This document shows positions 47,850 to 58,967 of a stretch of DNA of 64,000 bases, in pieces. Below the pieces are notes generated by a model. That model was not told the origin of the DNA. It saw only the letters and a list, made by a program, of their open reading frames with translations, and did no database searches. How positions within the stretch are numbered: the stretch's first letter is position 1; every line of letters starts with the position of its first letter. This DNA comes from Oceanispirochaeta sp. (GTDB lineage Bacteria > Spirochaetota > Spirochaetia > DSM-2461), in NCBI GenBank assembly GCA_963666275.2, contig CAXXOA010000001.1, positions 1,856,001 to 1,920,000 on the forward strand. Direction: 5' to 3'. A program made the position numbers and the translations under genes.

Positions 47850-48885
47850 AAATCGATAACCTCTCTTCCATCTTTCCGAATAACCAGGTGAAAATTGCGG
47901 TTACAATCAGGTAGATCACGAGAGCCGGCAGAAATACAAGATAGCTGCCTTCGCTGGTCATAATTGTTTTGGATATGGTCGTGATGTCCATGAGAGAGAT
48001 GGCAAAAACCAGCGAAACATCCTTGATCATCATAATGAATTCATTACAAAGAGGGGGAATCATTCTACGGGTGGCCTGAGGAATGACAATATGGATCATC
48101 GTCTGGGCATACCCTAAACCGAGAGTTTTCGAGGCTTCGTGCTGCCCTTTGTCTATGGACTGGATAGCCGCACGGACGATTTCCGCACAATAGGCCGCCG
48201 AGTTGAGGGAAAAGGCGATAAGCGCAGCCAGAAAAGCACCCTTATACACCGCTTCGGGATCTCCCAGATCGAAAAGCCCTCTCCAGGAGAAACCGAAAAT
48301 CCCCGGTATGGAAAAATAGACAACAAACAGCTGAATCAGCAAGGGTGTTCCCCGGAAGAAAAAGATATAGGCACTGCTGAGTTTGCTGATTATTACATTT
48401 GACGATATTTTTCCCAGGGCCAGGAAGATACTGAATATAAAGCCGATGATAATGGATGTTGTCGTCAGCAGCAGGGTCAGTTTAACACCGTGCAGAAGAT
48501 TCTGCTTGATCCCCAGCATACGATAGGTGTAGTTGACCATTTGACCTGTAAACTTACCGAAACCTTCATCCGATTGGAAGATTGCTCCACCGAAACCGAC
48601 ATAGGACTCCTGGAACGCATTGGCACCTGAAGTAGAAAAGGAGAGGTAACTGATAACCTTCAAATCGTTGTAGGTTATGGTAAGCCGCTTTCTGGAACTG
48701 TCCTTCTCATCCTCAATCATCTGCTTCACCTCAGAGGATGCATGATCCATTATCTGAGACTCTGAAACATTGAGTATGGAAAGAACAATAATCAAAAAAA
48801 CAACTGCCAATACAAATATGGCAGTTGTTTTTGAAGATTGTTTCCAGTCCCTAATATTTATTAGTTTATTGAAAAAATCTTTCAT
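47842..48885 (-). CDS. Polar amino-acid ABC permease with an extra N-terminal region
   Basis: [31 protein letters not shown] (EAA-like) motifs. Confidence 0.93.
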   Translation of the reverse strand: MKDFFNKLINIRDWKQSSKTTAIFVLAVVFLIIVLSILNVSESQIMDHASSEVKQMIEDEKDSSRKRLTITYNDLKVISYLSFSTSGANAFQESYVGFGGAIFQSDEGFGKFTGQMVNYTYRMLGIKQNLLHGVKLTLLLTTTSIIIGFIFSIFLALGKISSNVIISKLSSAYIFFFRGTPLLIQLFVVYFSIPGIFGFSWRGLFDLGDPEAVYKGAFLAALIAFSLNSAAYCAEIVRAAIQSIDKGQHEASKTLGLGYAQTMIHIVIPQATRRMIPPLCNEFIMMIKDVSLVFAISLMDITTISKTIMTSEGSYLVFLPALVIYLIVTAIFTWLFGKMEERLSIYE

Positions 48886-48896
48886 GAAAACCTTTA

Positions 48897-49691
48897 TCAG
48901 GCACCAAACCAGTATTCAGTGCTCTCTTTGAAAAATCCTTCTTCCTTCAACTCAGCGATGGCTTCGTTGATGGCAGTCTGAAGAGCAGTGTTACCTTTTG
49001 TCATAGCCACGCCGAACTGTTCCGCTTCGCTTTTGTCAAGGTAGGCTATTTTGTATTTATCGGGATATTTCCCAACCTGTCCGTCTGCAACAGTTGAGTC
49101 AACAACTACTGCGTCAATTTCCTGATTGTCCAGCTGTGTAAAACAGGTAATAATTTTTTCGTTCTGTGCAACAGTGCTTGTCAGAGAACCGGTGGAAATA
49201 TAATCAGAAATCAGAATATCAGAAGTTGTTTCCTTCTGTACTGCCAGGGCCATACCTTCCAGATCCAGGAAGCTGTTGATTTCTTTGTCTGAATCTGTTC
49301 TGACAACAACAGCCTGGTAGTTATCAATATAAGGATCAGAGAAGTCCATAGTTTCTTTTCTTTCTTCAGTGATGGTTACCGCAGAGATTACAGCGTCATA
49401 GTTTACGCCGATACCCTGGAAGATACCGTCCCATGCTGTGTTGATAAATACAACTTCCACACCCAGTTTTTCGCCAAGAGCTTTGGCAAAGTCAATGTCG
49501 TAACCAACGGGAGTGACTCCATCATTGGCAAAGTCTTCGAAAGGAGGGTATCCAATTTCAACTCCAATAGAAAGGGTTCCCGCCTGCATCAGGTTGAGGG
49601 CTGATGCTTCTTCTTTTTCCTGAGAACCGCTAGCGAACATTGAACCAAGAGTAACAATGCAAAATAATGCGGCAAGAATGCTCTTCTTCAT
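48897..49691 (-). CDS. Polar amino-acid ABC substrate-binding protein
   Basis: YPPFE, GYDID, ISAVTITEERK, FSDPY motifs; spirochaete-type signal (FASGSQE). Confidence 0.93.
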   Translation of the reverse strand: MKKSILAALFCIVTLGSMFASGSQEKEEASALNLMQAGTLSIGVEIGYPPFEDFANDGVTPVGYDIDFAKALGEKLGVEVVFINTAWDGIFQGIGVNYDAVISAVTITEERKETMDFSDPYIDNYQAVVVRTDSDKEINSFLDLEGMALAVQKETTSDILISDYISTGSLTSTVAQNEKIITCFTQLDNQEIDAVVVDSTVADGQVGKYPDKYKIAYLDKSEAEQFGVAMTKGNTALQTAINEAIAELKEEGFFKESTEYWFGA

Positions 49692-50158
49692 AATTTAAAC
49701 TCCTAATTTTTTGGTTTATCGTATAATTGTTAATATTTATACCAGTAAAAAATAAAATTGAGTAGATAGTTAACAGATAGAAAATTTAATAATTCCAGAT
49801 GGTAAAAACACTCATCTTCAAAAAGCAAGTAACTGTATAACAATAAATTATTTTACTCTTAAAAAAGGATAAAATATAGTTTTTTTTAAAGGAAAAAAAA
49901 CTAATTTTTTTTAAAGGCTTCGCTTATCATACCTTTTTGTAGGACTCGGACCAATTATCTCCCGTCTGAATAGAATAATTATACTCTTCACTGTACTGTC
50001 AATACCAAAGACACGGCAAGGAAACTTAAAGAGCCTTTTTTAAAGAGATTTAACTTGTCTGACCTGTTGAAACAGAGAGGGAAATCATGCTAGGGTGAGC
50101 CGCATCAACAGTGTCGAATGGAAGATACAAATCTCCCTTCAGGAGGACCCCATCTCAG

Positions 50159-53100
50159 ATGAGTGATTTTTTCCGAATCTATGTAGAGAAAAAAGCGGGA
50201 CACAACAGTGATTCCATAGCTTTAACGGAAGACCTTAAGATAACCCTTGGAACAGCAGGGCTTAAGCAGGCCCGGATAGTCAATATTTATGAAGTAACGG
50301 GATTGGATGGAGAGGCGTTTCAGAAAGTAACGGCCTCAATTTTTTCCGAAGCCACTGCCGACAAGGTGTATCAGAATGCACCGACACAGGGAGTGGCTGA
50401 TTTTTTTGGTTTTGAATTCCTTCCCGGTCAGTTCGATCAGAGAGCCGATTCGGCAGCCCAGTGTATTCATCTTCTCTATCCCGACTGGAGCGGAGTTGTC
50501 CGGTCCAGCAAACTTATTCTGCTGGAAGGGGCAATCAGCCCGGAAGATCTTTCGAAGATAAAGGCCTACTGTATAAACCCGGTAGAATCCCGGGAAAAGG
50601 ATCTTGAAAGTCACTCCCTTTTTGATCTGGGGACGCAAGCGTCGGATGTTCCTGTGCTGGAAGGGTTTACAAAAGCTTCCGATGCGGAACTGGAACTTCT
50701 TAAACAGAATATGGGACTTGCCATGACATTTGAGGATCTCAAATTCTGCCAGACCTATTTCACCGGAGAAGAGCAGAGGGATCCCTCCGAGACAGAACTG
50801 AAAGTTCTGGATACCTACTGGTCCGATCACTGCCGTCATACAACATTTGAAACGGAACTGAAAAATATTACGATTCCCCTGGGGAGTTTTCAGCAGACTC
50901 TTACGGAAAGCTTTAATCACTATTTGAAAATCAGGGAGAAACTGGGGCGTTCTGACAAACCACTCACCCTGATGGACCTAGCGACTATCTCCGGCAGAAG
51001 AATGCGTCATGACGGCCTGCTGGATGATATGGAAGTATCAGAAGAGATCAATGCCTGCAGTGTAAGGATCACAGTCGATGTGGACGGCCGGGAAGAACCC
51101 TGGCTGCTGATGTTTAAAAATGAAACTCACAACCATCCAACGGAGATTGAACCCTTTGGAGGGGCTTCCACATGTATAGGTGGCGCCATCCGGGATCCTC
51201 TTTCCGGTCGATCCTATGTTTATCAGGCGATGCGGATCACGGGGAGCGGCGATCCCACAGTGTCTCTTGAAGAGACTCTGGAGGGAAAATTGCCCCAGAA
51301 ATATATTACCCGAACGGCGGCCCACGGCTACAGTTCCTATGGCAACCAGATCGGACTGGCCACCACTTTTGTCAAAGAGGTCTACCATCCCGGTTATCGT
51401 GCCAAGAGGATGGAAGTCGGTGCCGTGGTGGGAGCTGTTCCGGAATCCATGGTAAGAAGAGAGTCCCCGGTGGAAGGGGATGCAATCATTCTCATAGGCG
51501 GTAAAACAGGAAGGGACGGCTGCGGAGGAGCTACTGGTTCTTCAAAAGAGCACACCACCGAGTCTCTGATCACCTGTTCCGCAGAAGTTCAGAAGGGAAA
51601 TGCTCCTGAAGAACGAAAGATACAGCGGCTCTTCAGAAACCCCGAAGTCACAGCTCTCATCAAAAAATGCAATGACTTCGGTGCCGGCGGTGTTTCCGTT
51701 GCTATCGGAGAACTCAGTGACGGCCTGGAAATCGATCTGGACAGAGTTCCTGTTAAATACCTGGGGCTCAGCGGAACGGAACTGGCTATTTCTGAATCAC
51801 AGGAAAGGATGGCTGTTGTTACATCTCCTGAAGATGCTGAACACATTATAAGCCTTGCGGCGGAAGAAAACCTGGATGCCACCCATGTGGCAACGGTCAC
51901 ATCAAAAGGCCGCCTCACAATGACTTGGAAAGGCAGAACCCTGGTAGATCTGAGCAGAAAGTTTCTGGATACCAACGGGGTCCGATCAGAAAACAGCGTC
52001 ACCCTTCCTGAAGTGGATCCTTCGCTGAATCCATTTAAACGGGAGCTTGCCGGTAAGAGTGAAAAAGAAAAATTCCTGAATAACCTGAAAGAGCTCAATA
52101 TCTGTTCTCAGAGGGGACTTGTAGAGATGTTTGATGCCTCGATCGGTGCGGGAACAGTCCAGATGCCCTACGGCGGAAAGAATCAGCTCTCCGAATCCGA
52201 GGCCTCTATTCATAAACTCCCCGTAGAATCAGGGAAAACAGAAACCTGCAGCCTCATAGCCTATGGATTTGATCCGGAACTTTTCGACTGGAGCCCCTAT
52301 CACGGAAGCCTTTACAGTGTGATATCCTCAGTTGTAAAACTGGCTGCTTCAGGTGGCTCATGGCGGACCACGCGTCTTAGTTTCCAGGAGTACTTTAAAA
52401 GACTGGGCGAGGATCCCGAAAACTGGGGGCTCCCGTTTTCCGCTCTTCTGGGCGCCATGGAAGCCCAGGAGAAACTGAACATCCCCGCAATCGGAGGGAA
52501 AGACAGTATGTCAGGGTCATTTCATGACATACATGTCCCTTCCACCTTAATTTCCTTTGCAGTCACAACAGGGAAAATTCAGAAAACGATCTCCAGTGAC
52601 CTGAAAGGTCCGGGAAATACCCTGTATTATATGGGCCTTCCTCTCAGAGAGGATCAGACCCCTGACTGGAATGTTCTGCAGGCCAACCTGGATCAGTTGG
52701 AACTGTGGAATCAAGAAGGAAAGATCCTTTCGGCCTCTACGATAAAATCCGGTGGAATCGGAGAGTGTCTGTTCAAGATGGCCTGCGGGAACGGGATCGG
52801 TATTAAGCTGGCCCATACGGATCTGCCGCTCTTTGATAAAGCACCCGGAGCTATTGTATTTGAATCGTCCGATTCAGGACTTGCCAAAGCCTATCCTGGT
52901 CTAGTGATACTGGGGGCGACCCGGGATGAACAGATCATTGAAACAGCCGGTTTCTCCGTAACTCTGAAAGAGTGTCTTGAAAGCTGGGAAGGAACCCTGA
53001 ATGCGGTATTCCCCGACTACGAGAACAGGCCCTCAGAAGAACTTTCACTTAAAACCCTGACCGGGAAGTCCGGGAAAAAAGATATACAGGGAAGAAAACC

Positions 53101-53890
53101 CCTTGTTTTCATCCCTGTCTTTCCCGGTACAAACTGCGAATACGATACGGCCAGAGCTTTCAGCCGGGCCGGAGCGGAGACGGAAATATCCGTTTTCACC
53201 AACAGGGACAAACAGGATGTTCTTTCATCACTGAACAGCATGGTTGAACATATCAACCGCTCCCAGATTCTGATGCTCTCCGGAGGTTTTTCTGCCGGAG
53301 ACGAACCGGAAGGATCCGGCAAGTTTATTGCCAATGTCCTGAAGAATCCGGAAGTGGCGGCGGCCATTGAGAAACTGCTGGAGCGGGATGGCTTGATCCT
53401 GGGGATCTGCAACGGTTTTCAGGCACTTGTCAAATCGGGACTTCTTCCCTATGGACATGTCATTGATGTTCCTTCTGAAGCTCCCACACTGGCCAGAAAC
53501 AGCATTAATCGCCATATATCCAGGATGGTAACGACAAAGGTGATAAGCACGACATCTCCCTGGACAGCGCAGATGACTCCCGGAGATCTCTATGAAATTG
53601 CCATTTCTCACGGAGAAGGCCGTTTCACTGCGGAAGAATCCTTTATCCGGGATCTCGAAGAAAAGGGACAGATTGCTTTTCAGTACTGTGATTCCCGTGG
53701 AACCGCATCCATGAATCCCCTGTATAACCCGAACGGATCGGATTTTGCCATAGAAGGCATTACCTCTCCCTGCGGCAGAATACTGGGTAAAATGGGACAT
53801 ACAGAAAGGTTTACAGGTGATAACCTGTGCAACATTCCCGGAAACAAACTACAGCCCCTGTTCAAATCAGGTGTAGAATATTTCATATAA
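50159..53890 (+). CDS. purL: Phosphoribosylformylglycinamidine synthase, single-chain (with glutaminase domain)
   Basis: YWSDHCRHTTF, FKNETHNHPT, DFGAGG, GGKDSMS, GICNGFQ, SHGEG, KMGH motifs; start likely ATG 50159 after AGGAGG. Confidence 0.96.
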   Translation: MSDFFRIYVEKKAGHNSDSIALTEDLKITLGTAGLKQARIVNIYEVTGLDGEAFQKVTASIFSEATADKVYQNAPTQGVADFFGFEFLPGQFDQRADSAAQCIHLLYPDWSGVVRSSKLILLEGAISPEDLSKIKAYCINPVESREKDLESHSLFDLGTQASDVPVLEGFTKASDAELELLKQNMGLAMTFEDLKFCQTYFTGEEQRDPSETELKVLDTYWSDHCRHTTFETELKNITIPLGSFQQTLTESFNHYLKIREKLGRSDKPLTLMDLATISGRRMRHDGLLDDMEVSEEINACSVRITVDVDGREEPWLLMFKNETHNHPTEIEPFGGASTCIGGAIRDPLSGRSYVYQAMRITGSGDPTVSLEETLEGKLPQKYITRTAAHGYSSYGNQIGLATTFVKEVYHPGYRAKRMEVGAVVGAVPESMVRRESPVEGDAIILIGGKTGRDGCGGATGSSKEHTTESLITCSAEVQKGNAPEERKIQRLFRNPEVTALIKKCNDFGAGGVSVAIGELSDGLEIDLDRVPVKYLGLSGTELAISESQERMAVVTSPEDAEHIISLAAEENLDATHVATVTSKGRLTMTWKGRTLVDLSRKFLDTNGVRSENSVTLPEVDPSLNPFKRELAGKSEKEKFLNNLKELNICSQRGLVEMFDASIGAGTVQMPYGGKNQLSESEASIHKLPVESGKTETCSLIAYGFDPELFDWSPYHGSLYSVISSVVKLAASGGSWRTTRLSFQEYFKRLGEDPENWGLPFSALLGAMEAQEKLNIPAIGGKDSMSGSFHDIHVPSTLISFAVTTGKIQKTISSDLKGPGNTLYYMGLPLREDQTPDWNVLQANLDQLELWNQEGKILSASTIKSGGIGECLFKMACGNGIGIKLAHTDLPLFDKAPGAIVFESSDSGLAKAYPGLVILGATRDEQIIETAGFSVTLKECLESWEGTLNAVFPDYENRPSEELSLKTLTGKSGKKDIQGRKPLVFIPVFPGTNCEYDTARAFSRAGAETEISVFTNRDKQDVLSSLNSMVEHINRSQILMLSGGFSAGDEPEGSGKFIANVLKNPEVAAAIEKLLERDGLILGICNGFQALVKSGLLPYGHVIDVPSEAPTLARNSINRHISRMVTTKVISTTSPWTAQMTPGDLYEIAISHGEGRFTAEESFIRDLEEKGQIAFQYCDSRGTASMNPLYNPNGSDFAIEGITSPCGRILGKMGHTERFTGDNLCNIPGNKLQPLFKSGVEYFI

Positions 53891-53905
53891 GGTTTGGAGG
53901 AAAAT

Positions 53906-54385
53906 ATGAAAGGTGCAGTGATATTCGGAAGTCGTTCCGATCTTGATAAAATGAAAGGTGCCGCCACATGTCTGAAAGAGTTCGGCATAGAGTACGAAGC
54001 TCATATCCTCTCGGCTCACAGAGTTCCCGAACGGCTGACAGAGGTGCTGAAAGACCTTGAGGCTGGCGGATGCGAATTCATCATAGCCGGAGCCGGTCTG
54101 GCAGCGCATCTTCCCGGAGTGATCGCCTCTAAAACAATCCTTCCTGTCATCGGTGTTCCTCTGGATGCCAAATTTGACGGCATGGACTCTCTGCTTTCCA
54201 TTGTACAGATGCCCAAGTCAATCCCCGTGGCAACTGTAGGTGTCAACAACTCCTACAATGCCGCCATGCTGGCAGTACAGATCCTTGCTGTAAAATATCC
54301 TGAACTGAAGCAGAAACTTCTGGATTTCAGAAAAGATATGAAAGAGAAATTTATCAGAGACAACTCCGAAGGTGTTGATTTATAA
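53906..54385 (+). CDS. purE: AIR carboxylase / N5-CAIR mutase
   Basis: GSRSD, SAHR, AGLAAHLPG, PVIGVP, VQMP motifs. Confidence 0.96.
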   Translation: MKGAVIFGSRSDLDKMKGAATCLKEFGIEYEAHILSAHRVPERLTEVLKDLEAGGCEFIIAGAGLAAHLPGVIASKTILPVIGVPLDAKFDGMDSLLSIVQMPKSIPVATVGVNNSYNAAMLAVQILAVKYPELKQKLLDFRKDMKEKFIRDNSEGVDL

Positions 54386-54436
54386 CAGTGTCCTTTCAGA
54401 ATCAGAAAAGAGGAGAGAGTCTCTCCAGGGTGGGAA

Positions 54437-55819
54437 ATGAATAATTTTAATGATGATAAGCTCCATGAGGAGTGCGGTGTATTCGGGGTCTATTCTACTA
54501 AGGAGTGTCCCGCTGCAGAGATGACATACCTGGGTCTGCTTGGTCTTCAGCATAGAGGACAGGAGAGTGCGGGTATCACGATTATGGAGCAGGACAAGCT
54601 TCAGACCAAAAAGGGCATGGGCCTCGTTTCTGATGTCTTCAGAAACAATGCCATCAAAGAACTCTCCCATGGGAACGCTGCGATCGGTCATGTCCGCTAT
54701 TCCACAACCGGAGACAGCTCTGTTGCCAATGCCCAGCCTCTGGAAGGTCACTGCCGTCTGGGATCTCTGGCTGTGGCACACAATGGAAACCTGGTTAATG
54801 CCGATATTATCCGTTCCCTCATGGAAGACGGCGGTGCCATCTTTCAGACAACAAGCGATACCGAAGTGATCCTCAATATGATCGCCCGGGGAGCAGATAA
54901 AGGCATAGAATCGGCTGTCCGCAATGCTACCAAGGCCATCAAAGGTTCCTATGCTATTGTTCTTTTTATTGACAACAAGCTTATCGGGGTCAGGGATCCC
55001 CATGGAATCCGGCCCCTTTGTCTTGGAAAACTGGATGACTGCTGGATCCTATCATCCGAATCCAGTGCCCTGAATACAGTGGGTGCCGAACTCGTCCGGG
55101 ACCTGGATCCCGGAGAAATAGTCGTCATAGATGAAAACGGGGTGAATTCTCTGGGGCGTGATGCAAACAGCAAACTTTCTACCTGTATTTTTGAGTACAT
55201 CTATTTTGCCCGGCCTGACAGTTCCATTGATGGGATCAATGTTTATGATGCCAGAAAAAGATGCGGAAAAGAGATCTTCAGCGAATTTCCCGTAGAAGCC
55301 GATCTTGTCGTTCCCGTACCGGATTCGGGAATCTCCGCAGCTGTGGGGTACTCGGAAGCATCGGGAATTCCTTTTGAAATGGGATTTATCAAAAACCGCT
55401 ATATAGGAAGAACCTTCATTGCTCCCTCCCAGGAAATGCGTGAGAAGGCTGTTTCTGTAAAACTGAATGTTGTCAAATCTATTGTAGAGGGAAAAAGGAT
55501 CATTCTTATCGACGATTCCATTGTCAGAGGAACCACAAGCCGCCGGCTGGTCTCACAGATCAAACAGGCAGGGGCAAAGGAAGTTCATCTGAGAATCGTG
55601 TCTCCTCCGATCCTGTATTCCTGCCATTTCGGCATTGATACTCCCACCACGGAAGAGCTGATTGCCAGCGGTAAGAGTGTGGATGAGATCTGTGCGGAGA
55701 TAGGAGCAGACAGTCTGGCCTATATTTCCCTTGACGGCTTGAACAGAGCTCTGGGACAGGAAAGGCATTATTGTAACGGATGTTTAACAGGGACATACCC
55801 GTTGACACCGAATAACTGA
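54437..55819 (+). CDS. purF: Amidophosphoribosyltransferase
   Basis: EECGVFG, LQHRGQESAG, GHVRYST, DDSIVRGTT motifs. Confidence 0.97.
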   Translation: MNNFNDDKLHEECGVFGVYSTKECPAAEMTYLGLLGLQHRGQESAGITIMEQDKLQTKKGMGLVSDVFRNNAIKELSHGNAAIGHVRYSTTGDSSVANAQPLEGHCRLGSLAVAHNGNLVNADIIRSLMEDGGAIFQTTSDTEVILNMIARGADKGIESAVRNATKAIKGSYAIVLFIDNKLIGVRDPHGIRPLCLGKLDDCWILSSESSALNTVGAELVRDLDPGEIVVIDENGVNSLGRDANSKLSTCIFEYIYFARPDSSIDGINVYDARKRCGKEIFSEFPVEADLVVPVPDSGISAAVGYSEASGIPFEMGFIKNRYIGRTFIAPSQEMREKAVSVKLNVVKSIVEGKRIILIDDSIVRGTTSRRLVSQIKQAGAKEVHLRIVSPPILYSCHFGIDTPTTEELIASGKSVDEICAEIGADSLAYISLDGLNRALGQERHYCNGCLTGTYPLTPNN

Positions 55820-55834
55820 TAGAGGGAGAGAAAA

Positions 55835-56836
55835 TTGATTACCTATAAAGATTCGGGTGTAGATAAAGAAGAAGGTTACAGAGCTGTTGACCTCATTAAA
55901 TCCAAAGTGGCGGAAACTCACAACAGCAGTGTCCTCACGGGACTGGGCAGCTTCGCCTCCCTTTATGCGCTTAAAGATTATAAAGAACCTGTCCTCGTGG
56001 CCGGTACAGATGGGGTAGGGACCAAACTAGCCCTGGCTTTTGAGAAAAAGATATACAGCACAGTCGGTCAGGACTGTTTTGCCATGTGTGCCAATGACAT
56101 ACTCTGTCAGGGAGCTAAACCTCTCTTCTTTCTGGACTATCTGGCCTGCGGCAAACTGGACGCGGAAGTGTCCAGTCAGCTTGTTATCGGGATGGCTGAA
56201 GCCTGTAAAGCCGCTGACTGCAGCCTGGTAGGCGGAGAAACAGCTGAAATGCCCGGATTCTACAAAGACGGTGATTATGATATGGCCGGATTCTGTGTAG
56301 GGGTCATTGAAAAAGAAAATATTGTTAACGGGAGTACCGTAGAAGAAGGGGATATTGTTCTGGGACTCAGCTCAAACGGAGTTCACAGCAACGGTTTCAG
56401 TCTTGTACGAAAACTTGTTACCGATTTTGACGAGGATTTCCAGGGAGAACCTGTTTACAGGGAACTCCTGAAACCTACAAGAGTTTATGTGCCTACAGTA
56501 CTGGCGGCTCTGGAAAAGTTCAAAAAAGATATCCACGGAATGGCCCATATAACCGGGGGAGGTCTGCCTGAAAATCTGCCCCGGACAATTCCCGAAGGGT
56601 TATGTGCGGAAATACTGAAAACCTCCGTTCCCGTACTCCCCGTTTTCCGCTATCTGGAGAAAAAAGGTGTCCCCGAAGAGGATATGTGGGGCACTTTCAA
56701 TATGGGGATAGGCTTCTGCCTGGTTGTCAAGAAAGACATTGAAACCGAAATCAGCGCTTTCCTGGCAGATCAGGGCGAATCGGTTCATAAACTTGGTTCC
56801 ATAATCAAAGCCGGGGAAAAAATATGTTTAAAATAG
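55835..56836 (+). CDS. purM: AIR synthase
   Basis: TYKDSGVD, TDGVGTK, GGETAEMPG, HSNGFS, HITGGG motifs. Confidence 0.97.
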   Translation: MITYKDSGVDKEEGYRAVDLIKSKVAETHNSSVLTGLGSFASLYALKDYKEPVLVAGTDGVGTKLALAFEKKIYSTVGQDCFAMCANDILCQGAKPLFFLDYLACGKLDAEVSSQLVIGMAEACKAADCSLVGGETAEMPGFYKDGDYDMAGFCVGVIEKENIVNGSTVEEGDIVLGLSSNGVHSNGFSLVRKLVTDFDEDFQGEPVYRELLKPTRVYVPTVLAALEKFKKDIHGMAHITGGGLPENLPRTIPEGLCAEILKTSVPVLPVFRYLEKKGVPEEDMWGTFNMGIGFCLVVKKDIETEISAFLADQGESVHKLGSIIKAGEKICLK

Positions 56837-57402
56837 CAGTACTTATCTCCGGAGGAGGTAGTAATCTGCAGTCCATTATCGATGCCGTTGAATCGGGAGA
56901 TCTGTCTGCCCGGATTGTAAAAGTCATTGCAGACAGACCGGCTTCCGGCCTGGACAGAGCTCGGAAGCATGGGATTCCTCATAGATTGATAAACCGGAAG
57001 GAATACAAACAGAATCTTAGCAGTGAAATCTTCAAAGAGATTCCATCAGATACGGATCTGATTGTTCTGGCCGGATATCTGTCCATACTGTCCAGTGATT
57101 TCATTGATTCCTGGAAGGGGAAAATCATCAACATACACCCGGCACTGCTTCCGGATTTCGGCGGAAAAGGGATGTATGGTATGAATGTTCATAGAGCGGT
57201 GCTCAATGCGGAAAAAACAGAGAGCGGATGTACTGTCCACTTTGTTGATTCCGGCATCGATACGGGCGAAATAATCCTACAGAGAAAAGTAGAAGTGAAA
57301 AGCGGCGATACGCCGGAGGATCTTCAGAAGAGGGTCCTCGGGCAGGAACACATTCTACTGGTGGAAAGCATAAATCAAATTATTCAAAACAGACTTTCCT
57401 GA
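56824..57402 (+). CDS. purN: GAR formyltransferase
   Basis: SGGGSNLQ, NIHPALLP, GCTVHFV, DTG motifs. Confidence 0.97.
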   Translation: MFKIAVLISGGGSNLQSIIDAVESGDLSARIVKVIADRPASGLDRARKHGIPHRLINRKEYKQNLSSEIFKEIPSDTDLIVLAGYLSILSSDFIDSWKGKIINIHPALLPDFGGKGMYGMNVHRAVLNAEKTESGCTVHFVDSGIDTGEIILQRKVEVKSGDTPEDLQKRVLGQEHILLVESINQIIQNRLS

Positions 57403-57429
57403 TACCGGGAAAGAGCAGGAGACAGAGAG

Positions 57430-58926
57430 TTGAAACGAGCATTAATCAGTGTGTACAAAAAAGACGGTGTACTGGAGTTTTCCAGATTTCTGAAAGACCA
57501 GGGCTGGGAGATCCTTTCCACAGGCGGGACATACAGACATCTGAAAGAGAATGGCCTGGAACCTGTTGAAGTATCCGCCGTTACAGGGGCAAAAGAGATG
57601 CTTGACGGCCGGGTTAAAACACTGCACCCCATTATCCACGGTGGAATTCTTGCGATCAGGTCCAACGAAGAACATATGGAAACACTGAAAAGGGAAGAAA
57701 TTGAAACCATAGATATGGTTGTAGTCAACCTCTATCCCTTCTTTGATGAAGTGGAGTCTGATAAGAGCTTTGAAGAGAAGGTTGAATTTATTGATATCGG
57801 CGGTCCCACAATGCTCAGGTCCGCGGCAAAGAATTTTCACGATGTAACAGTCATATGTGATCCCCGGGATTATGAGGTGGTACAGAAAGAGATGGAAGCG
57901 GGGGAGGTTTCATTTGAAACCAGGAAAACCCTGGCGGGAAAGGTTTTCAATCTCACCGCGGCCTATGACGGCGCCATCAGCCAGTTTCTCCTCGGTCAGG
58001 GAACAATGCCTGAATATTTTCATACATCCTATCGGAAAGTCATGGACCTCAGATATGGTGAAAATCCGCATCAGAGTGCCGCCTACTACGCCAAGACATG
58101 GGGAGACGGGGCTCTGAAAGAGTTCAAACAGCTCGGCGGGAAAGAACTGTCCTTCAACAATATCCGGGATATGGATGTTGCCTGGAAGATCGTCAATGAA
58201 TTTGATGATCTTGTCTGCTGCGGACTGAAACACTCAACCCCCTGCGGAGTGGCTAGAGGAAAAACGGCTCTGGAAGCCTACACAAGGGCTTACGAGTGTG
58301 ATCCTGTTTCCATATTCGGAGGGATTGTGGCATTAAACGGGGAAGTGACAGAAGATGCTGCCAAAGAGATGATCAAGATCTTCCTTGAAATTGTGATTGC
58401 TCCCTCCTTCACAGAGGAAGCCCTGGAAGTATTAAAGACCAAAAAGAATCTGAGGATCATTGCGGCAGACAAGGCTCCTTCTGATCATCTTGATATTGTG
58501 AAGGTTGACGGTGGTATCCTGGTGCAGGATGCGGATATGACTTTTTCCACCGATTTTAATGTGGTTACCGAGGCGAAACCTTCTGATGATTTAACCGAGG
58601 ATCTGATTTTCGGACAGAAAGTGGTTAAACATGTAAAATCCAATGCGATTGTTGTTGTCAAAGAGGGAATGGCGACCGGTATCGGAACCGGGCAGACAAA
58701 CAGGATCTGGGCAGCTCAGCAGGCAGTGGAAAGAGCCGGAGACGGAGTCGTTCTTGCCTCGGATGCGTTCTTCCCCTTTGATGATGTTGTTACACTCTGC
58801 GCAGAGAAAGGAATCAAAGCCATCATACAGCCCGGTGGATCCATTCGGGATGAAGATTCCATCAAGGCCTGCAATACCCATGGCATTCCCATGATTTTTA
58901 CAGGTATGAGACATTTCAAACATTAA
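57430..58926 (+). CDS. purH: AICAR transformylase / IMP cyclohydrolase
   Basis: [40 protein letters not shown] motifs. Confidence 0.97.
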   Translation: MKRALISVYKKDGVLEFSRFLKDQGWEILSTGGTYRHLKENGLEPVEVSAVTGAKEMLDGRVKTLHPIIHGGILAIRSNEEHMETLKREEIETIDMVVVNLYPFFDEVESDKSFEEKVEFIDIGGPTMLRSAAKNFHDVTVICDPRDYEVVQKEMEAGEVSFETRKTLAGKVFNLTAAYDGAISQFLLGQGTMPEYFHTSYRKVMDLRYGENPHQSAAYYAKTWGDGALKEFKQLGGKELSFNNIRDMDVAWKIVNEFDDLVCCGLKHSTPCGVARGKTALEAYTRAYECDPVSIFGGIVALNGEVTEDAAKEMIKIFLEIVIAPSFTEEALEVLKTKKNLRIIAADKAPSDHLDIVKVDGGILVQDADMTFSTDFNVVTEAKPSDDLTEDLIFGQKVVKHVKSNAIVVVKEGMATGIGTGQTNRIWAAQQAVERAGDGVVLASDAFFPFDDVVTLCAEKGIKAIIQPGGSIRDEDSIKACNTHGIPMIFTGMRHFKH

Positions 58927-58967
58927 TACGAGAACCATACGATTACGATACGAGGGATTAGTTCAAT

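Noticed and set aside
49692..50158. Riboswitch (purine, ZTP, ykkC/PRPP), T-box or ARG boxes upstream of purL or the amino-acid ABC operon
   Set aside because: Only fragmentary matches (CTAGGGT and ACACGG on the plus strand in the wrong order, TGGTCCGAG on the minus strand; weak AT-rich ARG-like words). An Infernal/Rfam scan would be decisive.
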